This document shows, in pieces, positions 20,505 through 29,994 of a stretch of 64,000 nt of DNA; positions within the stretch are counted from its first letter, which is position 1, and every line of letters begins with the position of its first letter. The stretch is from positions 1,413,442 through 1,477,441 of the forward strand of contig JACKPC010000001.1 of NCBI GenBank assembly GCA_024233835.1, written 5' to 3'. This DNA comes from Leptospiraceae bacterium (GTDB lineage Bacteria; Spirochaetota; Leptospiria; Leptospirales; Leptospiraceae). The notes beneath the pieces are model-generated. The model saw nothing but the letters and a program-made list of their open reading frames with translations. It was not told the origin of the DNA and ran no database searches. The position numbers and the translations under genes are program-made.

Positions 20505-21611
20505 TCATGAGTTAGGACTTTTTTTTCGAAATTCTGAAGGAGAAAGACCAAAACTTTCTTTGAAAACGCGGTTGAATGTTGATTTTGAATTAAACCCACA
20601 GCGAAAGGCTATATTCAATACTGTATCATTTTTATTTTCTGGGTTTTCGAGTAACTTCTTTGCTTCCCTGATTCGCCAATCATTTATATACTTAAAGAAG
20701 TTCATTTGTTTTTCTATGTTAATGACCATAGTCAGGTGGTAAGGAGATATATCTAATTGCTTTGCCAGTATATCCAGTGTTAAATTTTCATCGAGAAAGA
20801 GCTTTTCTTTTTCTAAATAGATTTCTAATTTTTTGAGGTAGCTCGTTCTTTTTTCCGGTGATAGGCTTTGTTTCGCATATTTCGCCTGACTTTTCTTCTC
20901 TGAAGAAGGAATGAATGGCTTTTTAATATAATAGAAAACCAGAATATAACTGAGAAACAATGTAATCCCTGCTCCCGGGGAGCTAATGGGAAATAAAGGA
21001 GTTCTTTTCCACATGTCAAGAATTGAAATTCCGATCGCAAGAAGAGCCCAAACAGATAGTGTTGAAATAATAATCTTAAGATAAAAAATATGAAAGCGAA
21101 TAAGGGGTAATAATTTATCGTAATGAAACTGGTACTTTTTTATCCATTTGAAAGATAAAGAATAAAAAGAAAGATTATAACAACCATTTAAAAAACTCAG
21201 GGCATAGGTATAAATTCTTACAACTTTTACCTGTTTTTTAATGCTTAGAGGATCCCTTAATTCTTCAAATAGGAAATACATGAACAGATGGATAAGAAAC
21301 ATGAGTATAACAGGAATGAAAACCTTTTTATCTTTATGAAGATGAAATTCTCTGAAATATAAGATAGATCTTGTATAAAAAAAGACTAGAGGTCCGAGAA
21401 GAAAATAGATGGGAAAAACCAAAAATGGAAAGTAAACAAGTAGTTTTCCGGAGGTTAAAAAAGATAAGCCCAATATAGAAAAGGATGCCAGAATAGATAC
21501 AATACCGAGCAAATACCAGCCCTGTCTTTCTTTGTAGTTAGAGACCAGAAGAGCGATAATTAAGAAATATAAAGCAATATTGGCTATAATAAGTTCATTT
21601 ATAAAATCCAT
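20505..21611 (-). CDS. Membrane-embedded AraC/XylS-family transcriptional regulator (about 7 TM N-terminal domain plus C-terminal AraC HTH)
   Basis: 368 aa. C-terminal LDILAKQLDISPYHL...NIAFRCGFNSKSTFNRVFKESFGLSPSEFRK is a canonical AraC-type HTH pair. N-terminal 230 aa contain about 7 hydrophobic helices. Confidence 0.75.
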   Translation of the reverse strand: MDFINELIIANIALYFLIIALLVSNYKERQGWYLLGIVSILASFSILGLSFLTSGKLLVYFPFLVFPIYFLLGPLVFFYTRSILYFREFHLHKDKKVFIPVILMFLIHLFMYFLFEELRDPLSIKKQVKVVRIYTYALSFLNGCYNLSFYSLSFKWIKKYQFHYDKLLPLIRFHIFYLKIIISTLSVWALLAIGISILDMWKRTPLFPISSPGAGITLFLSYILVFYYIKKPFIPSSEKKSQAKYAKQSLSPEKRTSYLKKLEIYLEKEKLFLDENLTLDILAKQLDISPYHLTMVINIEKQMNFFKYINDWRIREAKKLLENPENKNDTVLNIAFRCGFNSKSTFNRVFKESFGLSPSEFRKKSPNS

Positions 21612-21744
21612 ATAAGCAGATATCTCCTCTGGTATGAATTAATTATAGGAAGTAGTGCTTTATATTTCAAGCAATTCGTTAATTTCTCCGGGTCAGGGTT
21701 TTATATTCTGGAAAACACTTGATAAGCGGGCGGTAAGTTAGTTT

Positions 21745-22539
21745 CTAATTTTTTTCCATTTCTAATTCTATATACTCGATGATTTTTTTTCCCTTTTCCA
21801 GATCTTCTTTTACCGCCTCTATACTTGCATTTTGTAAAAGTTCCTGTAATAGGGCCTTACTTTTTTGAAAGGATTTAGGAAAGGCCGATTGAACGGCTTC
21901 GAAGTCAATGCTCGCTTCGTTTTTTCTCATCCTGGCAATATGGTAAAACTTTACCAGTTCAGAAATAGCCAGGCGTCGGTTGCATTTCTGTTTGCTACTG
22001 AGTAGTTTGATATAGTAAAAAATTGGATATTTTAGACTTTTATCCAGGGGTTTTATTCTATGGTTTCTTACGTCCATCACGAAGGTTTCTCTTTCTGCCA
22101 GTTCAAGGATTGCCCGGTTATGAAAGGCATTTCTCATGCTCAAAAGCCTATCAGATTTGAAAAAGAGTCCTTTTTTATCCCAGTGCATTAAAAATATCGT
22201 TCCTGGAAAGGGGTCGATTCGAAGTTTTCTTTTTTCATAACCTTTTTTCATCAGTGGCCAGGTGTATACCACATCAATCCAAACCTCATTTTCTAAGCTA
22301 CGAAGAATCGCCAATAGGCTTCGATTGGGGGATAAAGTCATATTGAGTATCTGGGAATGCTTATTGATTTTTCTCATCATCATAAAGACTTTTTCTTCGT
22401 AAGAATCTGCAAACACAGGAAAGGGCATGGAAATGGCTAAATAAAGCGAAAATAGGAGAGTTAAGGAGGGTCTGTTCAAATACATTCTTATGATTTCCTT
22501 CTTAGGGTCAAAAAAATCCGATAAAAAAACACTTTTCAT
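21745..22539 (-). CDS. Hypothetical secreted protein
   Basis: 264 aa. N-terminal hydrophobic signal-like segment (LTLLFSLYLAISMPFPVFA). No recognizable motif. Confidence 0.45.
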   Translation of the reverse strand: MKSVFLSDFFDPKKEIIRMYLNRPSLTLLFSLYLAISMPFPVFADSYEEKVFMMMRKINKHSQILNMTLSPNRSLLAILRSLENEVWIDVVYTWPLMKKGYEKRKLRIDPFPGTIFLMHWDKKGLFFKSDRLLSMRNAFHNRAILELAERETFVMDVRNHRIKPLDKSLKYPIFYYIKLLSSKQKCNRRLAISELVKFYHIARMRKNEASIDFEAVQSAFPKSFQKSKALLQELLQNASIEAVKEDLEKGKKIIEYIELEMEKN

Positions 22540-22607
22540 TAGATACCTTTTCTATTTTTAGTAAATAGAGCAAGTCTAAACATGAAATTTAAGGAGCAAA
22601 AGGCTAA

Positions 22608-23369
22608 ATGAAAGTTATCGTCCTTGTAAAACAAGTCCCCGATACAGAAGCAAATCTAAAATTAGGGGATAAACAGATAAACGAAGCTGGTATAAAGTGG
22701 ATCATCTCTCCTTATGATGAGTTTGCTATTGAAGAAGGCATTAAGATTAGAGAAAAGAATGGCGGGGAAGTAATTGCGGTTTCCGTTGGTCCGGATAGGG
22801 TAAAAGACGCACTGAGAACTGCCTATGCTATGGGCGTTGATAAAGCAGTGCAAATTAACGTACCTGAATACAACACTTTTGACTCTATGTTTACTTCCGA
22901 CTTGATTGCAAATTTTGCAAAAGCTGAGAACGCCGATCTTATTATTTCCGGAAGACAGGCCATTGATACAAATAGTTCCCAGGTACCGGTTCAGGTAGCT
23001 GAGAAACTCGGAATTCCACATGTTTCTCTCGCTATAAAATTAGAGATTGATGGTGATAAATTCAAAGCTACTCAGGAAATAGAAGGTGGGACCCAGACGG
23101 TTGAGTGTCCTAAGCCTGCAGTACTTACCGCTCAGAAAGGTCTAAACGAACCCAGATATCCTTCTCTAAAAGGTATTATGGCTTCCAAGAAAAAGCCTAT
23201 CGATGTAAAAACTCCTGCTGATCTTGGTGTGAGTGCAGGTAGCATAGAAGTAGTTTCACTCGAGCCTCCACCTCCGCGTATTCCCGGTAGAAAATTAGAA
23301 GCTGGTGATGCAGCCGGTTTTGCCGCTCAGCTTGTAAAAGCCCTCAGAGAAGAAGCTAAGGTTATCTAA
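22608..23369 (+). CDS. etfB: Electron transfer flavoprotein beta subunit
   Basis: MKVIVLVKQVPDTEANLKL N-terminus and overall EtfB signature. Followed by etfA. Confidence 0.9.
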   Translation: MKVIVLVKQVPDTEANLKLGDKQINEAGIKWIISPYDEFAIEEGIKIREKNGGEVIAVSVGPDRVKDALRTAYAMGVDKAVQINVPEYNTFDSMFTSDLIANFAKAENADLIISGRQAIDTNSSQVPVQVAEKLGIPHVSLAIKLEIDGDKFKATQEIEGGTQTVECPKPAVLTAQKGLNEPRYPSLKGIMASKKKPIDVKTPADLGVSAGSIEVVSLEPPPPRIPGRKLEAGDAAGFAAQLVKALREEAKVI

Positions 23370-23391
23370 GAAGGAAGGAGAACTTATAATT

Positions 23392-24351
23392 ATGGCTAAT
23401 GTACTTGTAGTTGGAGAAATAAAAGACGGAGCTTTAAAAAAAGTTTCTAAAGAAATTACCTCAGCCGGAAAGAAAATTGCTTCTTCTCTTGGTGGACAGG
23501 TAGAAGTGCTTTTAATCGGTGATAATGCAGCTGGTTTTGCCGCTGAACTTGCTGAAGCTGGAGCGGATGTTGTTATCACAGCAGCCGGTTCTGAATTTTC
23601 AGCAGAAGGTTATGCAAACCTTATTAGTGAAGTAATTAACGCAAAAAAACCTTCCGTTGTTTTAATGCCGCACACCGGTTACGGAAGAGATTATTCTGCC
23701 CGTGTAGCTGCTAAAACAAAAGCTGCTATCGTTGCGGATGTAGTAGAACTGAAAGTAGATGGTGCTAAAGTTGTAGCAAAAAAACCTGTATACTCAGGAA
23801 AAGCCTATGCAAACATTAAATGTTCCACCGATCTACAGCTTTTCACCGTTCGTCCGAATTCTCAGGAAGTAGGTTCCAGTAAAGGTGCCGGAACTGTAGA
23901 AAGTAGTTCTGCCGGTTTCGGAGATGTAAAAACTAAGTCTCTGAGTAAAGATGCAGCAGCAGGAAGTAAAGTTCAACTGGCTGAAGCTTCTATTATTGTT
24001 TCCGGTGGTCGTGGAATGAAAGGCCCTGAAAACTTCCCGATGCTCCAGGAACTCTGTGACATCGTAGGTGCAGCTATGGGAGCTTCTCGTGCTGCTGTGG
24101 ATGCAGGATGGATTTCTCACTCTCATCAGGTAGGACAAACAGGAAAAACAGTTTCTCCGAATTGTTATATTGCCTGCGGAATTTCCGGTTCTATTCAGCA
24201 CATGGCAGGGATGGGATCTTCTAAATACATCGTGGCAATTAACAAAGACCCGGATGCCCCAATTTTTAAAGTAGCTACTTATGGTGTAGTGGCTGACCTA
24301 TTTGAAGTAGTTCCTGAACTTACAAAAGAATTTAAAAAAGTTCTGGGATAA
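23392..24351 (+). CDS. etfA: Electron transfer flavoprotein alpha subunit
   Basis: 319 aa. FAD-binding C-terminal motifs (IIVSGGRGM, PNCYIACGISGSIQHMAGM, VAINKDPDAPIF) typical of EtfA. Confidence 0.9.
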   Translation: MANVLVVGEIKDGALKKVSKEITSAGKKIASSLGGQVEVLLIGDNAAGFAAELAEAGADVVITAAGSEFSAEGYANLISEVINAKKPSVVLMPHTGYGRDYSARVAAKTKAAIVADVVELKVDGAKVVAKKPVYSGKAYANIKCSTDLQLFTVRPNSQEVGSSKGAGTVESSSAGFGDVKTKSLSKDAAAGSKVQLAEASIIVSGGRGMKGPENFPMLQELCDIVGAAMGASRAAVDAGWISHSHQVGQTGKTVSPNCYIACGISGSIQHMAGMGSSKYIVAINKDPDAPIFKVATYGVVADLFEVVPELTKEFKKVLG

Positions 24352-24390
24352 ATTACTTTTCCTCAAATCTTAGGGCTGTAATCTTGGATT

Positions 24391-24975
24391 ATGGCCCTAA
24401 AATCTTTTTTTAGTTTTCTATTTTACTTAATTTTTTCATTTTTTCAATATACTGCTGCCCAATCCGGTAATGAACTTTTATCCTCTGTTATTGCGAAAAT
24501 GAATGGACTTCAGAGCCTGAAAGCCCGAATAAACATTGACGGTACCCTGACCGGCGAGTTATATTATCAGAGACCCTATAATATTCACGTAAAACTTTCG
24601 GATGGTAGAATTATTTCTGCGAATAAAAATATAATTTGGGTTTATTCTCCGTCCAGAATGATAGCAGGTAGACAGGATTTGCGAGGAGGAACCGGTGGAA
24701 TCAGCGGGCTTTTGAGTGGTTATGAAAGCGTGACATCTTCCGGAAACCGTTTGACTCTAAAATCAAATACGAAAGCTTATAGTGAAATAGTAGTTGTCGT
24801 AAGTCCTGATCATCTGATACGGTCAATTAGAATGAAACGAAAAGGTTCCGAGTCCTCCAAAACTATAAATTTATCTATTTCTGCTACTAATATTGGTTTG
24901 CCCTCTAACCTTTTTAATTTCCATCCACCATCGAGTGCACAGATAGTGGAAAATCCTTTGAATCAGAAGGAGTAA
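24391..24975 (+). CDS. LolA-like outer-membrane lipoprotein carrier/sorting family protein (tentative)
   Basis: 194 aa, signal peptide. Segments GELYYQRPYNIHVKLSDGRIISANKNIIWVYSP and C-terminal FNFHPPSSAQIV resemble the LolA pattern (...DG..lW.Yd... / F.F.pP). Confidence 0.45.
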   Translation: MALKSFFSFLFYLIFSFFQYTAAQSGNELLSSVIAKMNGLQSLKARINIDGTLTGELYYQRPYNIHVKLSDGRIISANKNIIWVYSPSRMIAGRQDLRGGTGGISGLLSGYESVTSSGNRLTLKSNTKAYSEIVVVVSPDHLIRSIRMKRKGSESSKTINLSISATNIGLPSNLFNFHPPSSAQIVENPLNQKE

Positions 24976-26831
24976 TGATGACAACCTCCAGAACCGATGC
25001 CCATAAAGTATTTGCGAACTTATATAGAAAGAAGCGCTCGCCGGAGCACCAGAAGAAAGTCGATGAGATTATCACCCGTTCCAATGATGTTTTTATCCGG
25101 ATCGACCTCATTAAAAAACTGGATGAAGAGTATTTTGAGGGAGAAAGAAAAAAGGGTGATGATGCAGATCCTCCTGAAGAAACTTCGATAAAAAGAAGTC
25201 TAAATGAAGAAATTATCCAGGATAAATTTGATGAATCAGAGGAGCGAAATTTAGCTCTTAAAAAAGATCCGGGTGATTCAGACAAAAAAACTCCTGAGCA
25301 AAAAAGCGGCGGAGGAATTGGTTTTTTAGAAATGCTTTTTGGAGGGGCCAGTGTCATAAATCGATTTGCTAAAGAATCGAAGGCACTGGATATCGGTCTT
25401 TTCGGGAGAAAAGTAACTATATCCAGAAATGTGGAAAAGCTTTTCCGGGGTTTACGGGAAGAACAAATTCTTTCTACTATACAGGCTTTGAAGTTTTGCG
25501 AGCAGGTGGGTTGGAAATACTGGAATCCCTTGACTTATAACGTGGTTCTGAATTTTGGTCGCTTTTTCAACTCTTTCATTTCCCTTGACTCCCTTTTTCG
25601 AGATGAAATTTCCGCTGAGGTTTTCCTGGGTCGTTCAACAAAGATGCAGATGTATTACGTTCGACTTTTGTCCAGACCGGATTCCAAAGATATAATCATT
25701 AAAAATGTGATGGAATTTGTTGATCAGGAAGATAAGTTAAAAATAAGAAGAAACCAAATTCTGCATGGTTTGAACTATGCCCTGAGTCTGGAAAATGGAA
25801 GGCCGAGTCTTACTGATTGTATCTGTGCCTTTTATATAGTAATGAAGAAAAAACTTGTGACCTGGCCTGAAATTGAGAAAATGCTAAAGGTAGCTCCGGT
25901 AGATGAGTTTAAGTTTATTGCTTCTGCCGAAATATCCAAGCAAATAGAGCTTCAGGTTAGTAAGTTAAGCAATGAGATAAAAGAAAGGCTATTAATTTTA
26001 GAAGAACTAAACCAAATTCGAAATGACTTTTTCAAACTAACTGATTCGGGAAAAGTGAGTTTTGATTTTCTTGCGACCCTTATAGATGATTATGTGAGTC
26101 GTTACTATGCAGAAGGTCAAATAGAAACAATGAGGTCTACTTACAAGACGAATCCTCATAGGCTTCTACAGCTATTATGTCGGGATTTACAGAGCATTTA
26201 TTTTGTTCTTATTGAAGGTTACATAAAAGTAGAAGACGTTCAGGTTCATGAAGTATTGATCATTCAGAATAATTTATTCTTTTCAGAACTTGATAAAATA
26301 AATTCTTTCCTGAGGGCTGTAGAAGCTTTTCAGAGAAAATTTAGTAGTTTTCAGTATACCTTTCAGGATTTTTCCCAGGGGATTCAAAAAGGCTCACAGG
26401 ATCAAATTGAGATGCAGCTTTTGAAAATTCTAACCGATGCCGGTGAATTGTTTTCAAAGTTTGCTAAGAAATTAAATGTCATTCTTCTAAATCACAGGGA
26501 AGCAGATCGCTTAGAGAAAGTTAACGGACTAAATGATAAAGTTTTGCTCACTAAAGAAAAACCGATAGACGATTTGAAAATTGGTCCGAGATTTATCCCC
26601 TATTATGAATCTAAAATTGTCAGTCAAAATAGGGTGAATGCCTATACGGTATTAGATCTATTTACAGAATTAACCCGCTTACTATTTAACTATTCTGTAA
26701 TTTTTAAAGATAGAACAATTACCGGGCAGTTGACCGCTCATAAGAAAATTGAAGAAGAGTTAAAGAAAATGTATGTGGATTATAAACGTCTAACCGGTCA
26801 GGATTTTCAATTAAAAGTGGAGGCTGAATGA
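24975..26831 (+). CDS. Large cytoplasmic protein of unknown function (618 aa)
   Basis: Long ORF with protein-like composition and no TM. Start overlaps the upstream stop and its stop overlaps the trpS start (26828), suggesting a translationally coupled operon. No motif recognized. Confidence 0.5.
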   Translation: MMTTSRTDAHKVFANLYRKKRSPEHQKKVDEIITRSNDVFIRIDLIKKLDEEYFEGERKKGDDADPPEETSIKRSLNEEIIQDKFDESEERNLALKKDPGDSDKKTPEQKSGGGIGFLEMLFGGASVINRFAKESKALDIGLFGRKVTISRNVEKLFRGLREEQILSTIQALKFCEQVGWKYWNPLTYNVVLNFGRFFNSFISLDSLFRDEISAEVFLGRSTKMQMYYVRLLSRPDSKDIIIKNVMEFVDQEDKLKIRRNQILHGLNYALSLENGRPSLTDCICAFYIVMKKKLVTWPEIEKMLKVAPVDEFKFIASAEISKQIELQVSKLSNEIKERLLILEELNQIRNDFFKLTDSGKVSFDFLATLIDDYVSRYYAEGQIETMRSTYKTNPHRLLQLLCRDLQSIYFVLIEGYIKVEDVQVHEVLIIQNNLFFSELDKINSFLRAVEAFQRKFSSFQYTFQDFSQGIQKGSQDQIEMQLLKILTDAGELFSKFAKKLNVILLNHREADRLEKVNGLNDKVLLTKEKPIDDLKIGPRFIPYYESKIVSQNRVNAYTVLDLFTELTRLLFNYSVIFKDRTITGQLTAHKKIEEELKKMYVDYKRLTGQDFQLKVEAE

Positions 26832-27808
26832 GAATCTTAACCGGTATTCAACCTTCAGGAAAACTTCATCTCGGCAATTATTTTGCTGCGATGAAAAAGA
26901 TGATCGCCTACCAGGAGTCTTCGGATTTATTTTGCTTTATTGCTAACCTTCATTCACTCACAACTTTTTCCGGAAGGAAAAGTTTGGAGGAAAATACTTA
27001 TGATGCGGTTCTGGATTTTTTAGCCCTGGGCATGAATCCGGACAAAGCTACTTTTTGGATCCAATCCGATGTTCCGGAAGTTACAGAGCTAACCTGGTAT
27101 TTAAGTCGTTATATGACTGTAAATCAACTTTCCTTAGCACATTCCTACAAGGATAAGGTGGCTAAAGGAATTAATCCAACTGCGGGTCTTTTTTTGTATC
27201 CTATACTTATGGCTTCGGATATTCTTTTATATGGTTCAGAGCGAGTACCGGTTGGGAAAGATCAAAAACAACATCTTGAAATTACCAGGGATATCGCAGA
27301 AAAGTTTAATTCTGAGTTTGGCGAAGTTTTTGTTGTTCCGGAAGCCGAAATCGATGAAGATACAGCTATTGTACCCGGAACCGATGGACAGAAGATGTCA
27401 AAATCCTACGGCAATACAATCAATATTTTTGATTCTGAAAAGGCTTTGAAAAAGTCGGTGATGTCGATTATTAGTGATTCTGCCGGGATTGATGAAGCCA
27501 AGGATCCGGACAAAAGTGTGATCTATGCTATATTTTCTCTTTTTTTAAACAAAGAAGAAAAACTTGTTTTACGGGATAGATTTTTAACTCCCGGCTTACG
27601 ATACGGGGATATAAAGAAAGAGCTACTGGAAAAAATTATAGAGTATTTTTCTCCGTATCGTGCAAAAAGAGAAGACCTTTCTAAGAATCTCGATTATGTA
27701 GAAGAAGTATTAGATAAAGGTAAACAAAAAGCTAAAGAGGCAGCTTTACCGATCCTGGATAAGGTTCGCTATCATTTTTCAGTAAAACGAAGTAATATGC
27801 ATGCCTGA
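26828..27808 (+). CDS. trpS: Tryptophan--tRNA ligase
   Basis: Class I aaRS HIGH-type motif ([14 protein letters not shown]) and KMSKS motif. 326 aa, typical TrpS size. Confidence 0.9.
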   Translation: MRILTGIQPSGKLHLGNYFAAMKKMIAYQESSDLFCFIANLHSLTTFSGRKSLEENTYDAVLDFLALGMNPDKATFWIQSDVPEVTELTWYLSRYMTVNQLSLAHSYKDKVAKGINPTAGLFLYPILMASDILLYGSERVPVGKDQKQHLEITRDIAEKFNSEFGEVFVVPEAEIDEDTAIVPGTDGQKMSKSYGNTINIFDSEKALKKSVMSIISDSAGIDEAKDPDKSVIYAIFSLFLNKEEKLVLRDRFLTPGLRYGDIKKELLEKIIEYFSPYRAKREDLSKNLDYVEEVLDKGKQKAKEAALPILDKVRYHFSVKRSNMHA

Positions 27809-28913
27809 GCCCAAAAATCTTATTGAATTAAAAGCGGAAAAATGGGTCCATAATGGTTATTGCCTTGCTTTTTATAAAGGGGAAACCTATTTTCTTTCCG
27901 GGGCTATTCCGGGGGAAAAAGTTCTCGCTAAATTAATTTATAACTCAAAAAAATTCAAGCAGGCAGTTGTTAAAAAAGTATTAGAAACATCTGATAAACG
28001 TATTGAATCTGACTGTCCTGTTTTTCTTGACTGTGGAGGCTGTGCATATCGACATATTTCCTACACGGAAGAAAAAGAAATCAAGAAACAACTTTTTATT
28101 GAACAAACGGGTCTCAGGCCTACTGAAATTATAAGTGCAGAACCCGAGGGCTATCGTAATAATGCTCAACTTAAAGTGGATTATCCTGCCATTGGTTTTT
28201 ATAGGTATAATACCAATCAACTCGTAAACATCAGAGAACTGGGTTGTAAAAATCTTCCTGTTGAACTTAATAAGTTTTATGCCAAAAGACAGGAGAAAAT
28301 CACCGAATATAAACTTCGTTTAGATGATAAGGGAATCATAAATTACGCTAAAAAAGAATCTCAATATAAATATGGAAATATATCGGTTCGTGTGCCTGCA
28401 AATGGTTTTTTCCAAGTAAACCGTTTTTTAATTCCGGGCTGGTTAGATAAAATAAAATCTTTCGTTCCGGTATCCGCTGCGGTTTTAGAATTATTCAGTG
28501 GTTGCGGTCTAATCGGCTTGTATATTGCGGACAAGATAAAATCTCTACGTGGATATGAACTGGATGAGAATAGTGTAAAATACTCTTACATTAATGCTGA
28601 GGCTAATAAAATTAGTAATATAGATTTTACTAAAATTGATTTATACCATAGAGAAATAAAAGAGCAGGATGCCAAACGAGATGTCTATATAATGAACCCA
28701 CCACGTGCAGGTTTGGACAAGTTGATAGTTGAAACGATCCTGAAATTTAAACCCAAAACCCTTATTTATTCGAGCTGTAATTATGCTACTCTTAGCAGGG
28801 ATATAAGGCCTCTAATTGAAAGCAAAACATATAAAGTGAAAGACTGTCTCTTATTTGACTTTTTTCCCAGAACACAACACTTTGAATGCCTTATAGTATT
28901 AGAAAAATCTTAA
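27801..28913 (+). CDS. RumA/RlmD-type 23S rRNA (uracil-5)-methyltransferase family protein (TRAM plus Fe-S plus SAM MTase)
   Basis: 4Fe-4S cluster cysteines [18 protein letters not shown]-terminal class I MTase motifs ([24 protein letters not shown] catalytic Cys). Confidence 0.8.
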   Translation: MPEPKNLIELKAEKWVHNGYCLAFYKGETYFLSGAIPGEKVLAKLIYNSKKFKQAVVKKVLETSDKRIESDCPVFLDCGGCAYRHISYTEEKEIKKQLFIEQTGLRPTEIISAEPEGYRNNAQLKVDYPAIGFYRYNTNQLVNIRELGCKNLPVELNKFYAKRQEKITEYKLRLDDKGIINYAKKESQYKYGNISVRVPANGFFQVNRFLIPGWLDKIKSFVPVSAAVLELFSGCGLIGLYIADKIKSLRGYELDENSVKYSYINAEANKISNIDFTKIDLYHREIKEQDAKRDVYIMNPPRAGLDKLIVETILKFKPKTLIYSSCNYATLSRDIRPLIESKTYKVKDCLLFDFFPRTQHFECLIVLEKS

Positions 28914-28929
28914 GCTTTTTCTATCAGCT

Positions 28930-29370
28930 ATGAAGGAAGTCTTTGTTCGCTTTGTCTTATATGGTCTTACCGGTTGGTGTGTGGAGCTTGTATATACAGC
29001 TATTATCGATAGTTACCATAAGAAAGACTGGAATTTGACAGGAAAAACGTATCTCTGGATGTTTTTTGTCTATGGTTCGGCTGTTTTTTTATTTGAACCG
29101 GTTCATGAGCTTATTTTAAATTTTCCTATAATACTTCGATTTATTATCTGGTCTTTAGGAATTACAGGAATCGAGTTTATTAGCGGTTTTTTAATTAAGA
29201 AAGTTTCCGGTTCCTGTCCCTGGGATTATTCTTATAGCCGGTTTGCGATTAATGAATATATCCGCTGGGACTACTTTCCTATCTGGGCGGTTTTCGGTCT
29301 TATTTTAGAAAAACTGCATGTATTTTATGTAAGATTAAGCCCGGTACTTGTAGAATTAATATTTACTTGA
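28930..29370 (+). CDS. Small polytopic membrane protein (resembles DUF1113 / putative ABC-transporter type IV family)
   Basis: 146 aa, 4 TM. N-terminus FVLYGLTGWCVELVYTAII resembles the F.iYsF.GW..E motif of that family, recalled from memory. Low certainty. Confidence 0.4.
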   Translation: MKEVFVRFVLYGLTGWCVELVYTAIIDSYHKKDWNLTGKTYLWMFFVYGSAVFLFEPVHELILNFPIILRFIIWSLGITGIEFISGFLIKKVSGSCPWDYSYSRFAINEYIRWDYFPIWAVFGLILEKLHVFYVRLSPVLVELIFT

Positions 29371-29902
29371 GTGTTATGTATTCTAACATAGAACCAATGA
29401 AAGACAGAATCAGACCTGCCATAAAAATTCTATAGCTAATTCCTAAATAAAAAAATTTCTTTCTTTGAAGTACGAGACCACTATTGTATATATCTTTAAC
29501 CATAGCTTCATACATTTTTTCTTCGGAACGCAAAAACTCAGACATAAGTTTCAAATACTCGTCCTGGTTTATACGGTGAAAGGAACCGAAAAATAGAGGA
29601 TTTATTTCATTCGGTTTGAAGGAAGAATCTTTTCCATATTGTATGGAAGGCATAGTTGCTATGATCGCAAAAAAGGAAGATATTATCGAGAAAAATGTGA
29701 GAGCTATTAGACTATAAGAATATTCGCCTTTTTGTAGCATATTGAGGGTTAAAGTGAAGATTAAAAAAGAAGCGCCTAAGATGATGTTAGCTTTATGGTC
29801 TGCCATTGAACTGAAATGACTGGTTTGCTGGTATAGAGAACGCAGCATGTGGTCTATCTGAACACTTCCTTTTAAACCCGCAAATAAATTTTGTTTTTCC
29901 AT
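29363..29902 (-). CDS. Hypothetical membrane protein (2-4 TM) of unknown function
   Basis: 179 aa. Hydrophobic segments ANIILGASFLIFTLTL, YSLIALTFFSIISSFFAIIATM and C-terminal FYLGISYRIFMAGLILSFIG. No motif recognized. Convergent and 8-bp overlapping with the upstream gene. Confidence 0.4.
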   Translation of the reverse strand: MEKQNLFAGLKGSVQIDHMLRSLYQQTSHFSSMADHKANIILGASFLIFTLTLNMLQKGEYSYSLIALTFFSIISSFFAIIATMPSIQYGKDSSFKPNEINPLFFGSFHRINQDEYLKLMSEFLRSEEKMYEAMVKDIYNSGLVLQRKKFFYLGISYRIFMAGLILSFIGSMLEYITLK

Positions 29903-29994
29903 GTTTACTCCTTTTTACAGACCGAAAGCATACAGGATTCTCATAAAAATTCAATAATTTTTTGGATGTTCCTGTTGCTTTCGTTAAAATATAA

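Noticed and set aside
24352-24414. Inverted repeat TTAGGGC...GCCCTAA spanning the start codon of the LolA-like gene
   Set aside because: Weak 7-bp stem with 16-nt loop and no adjacent T-tract. Could be fortuitous.
24914-25357. 147-aa minus-strand ORF
   Set aside because: Antisense to the N-terminus of the 618-aa gene. Serine-rich low-complexity product typical of the reverse frame of an AT-rich Lys/Glu-rich gene.
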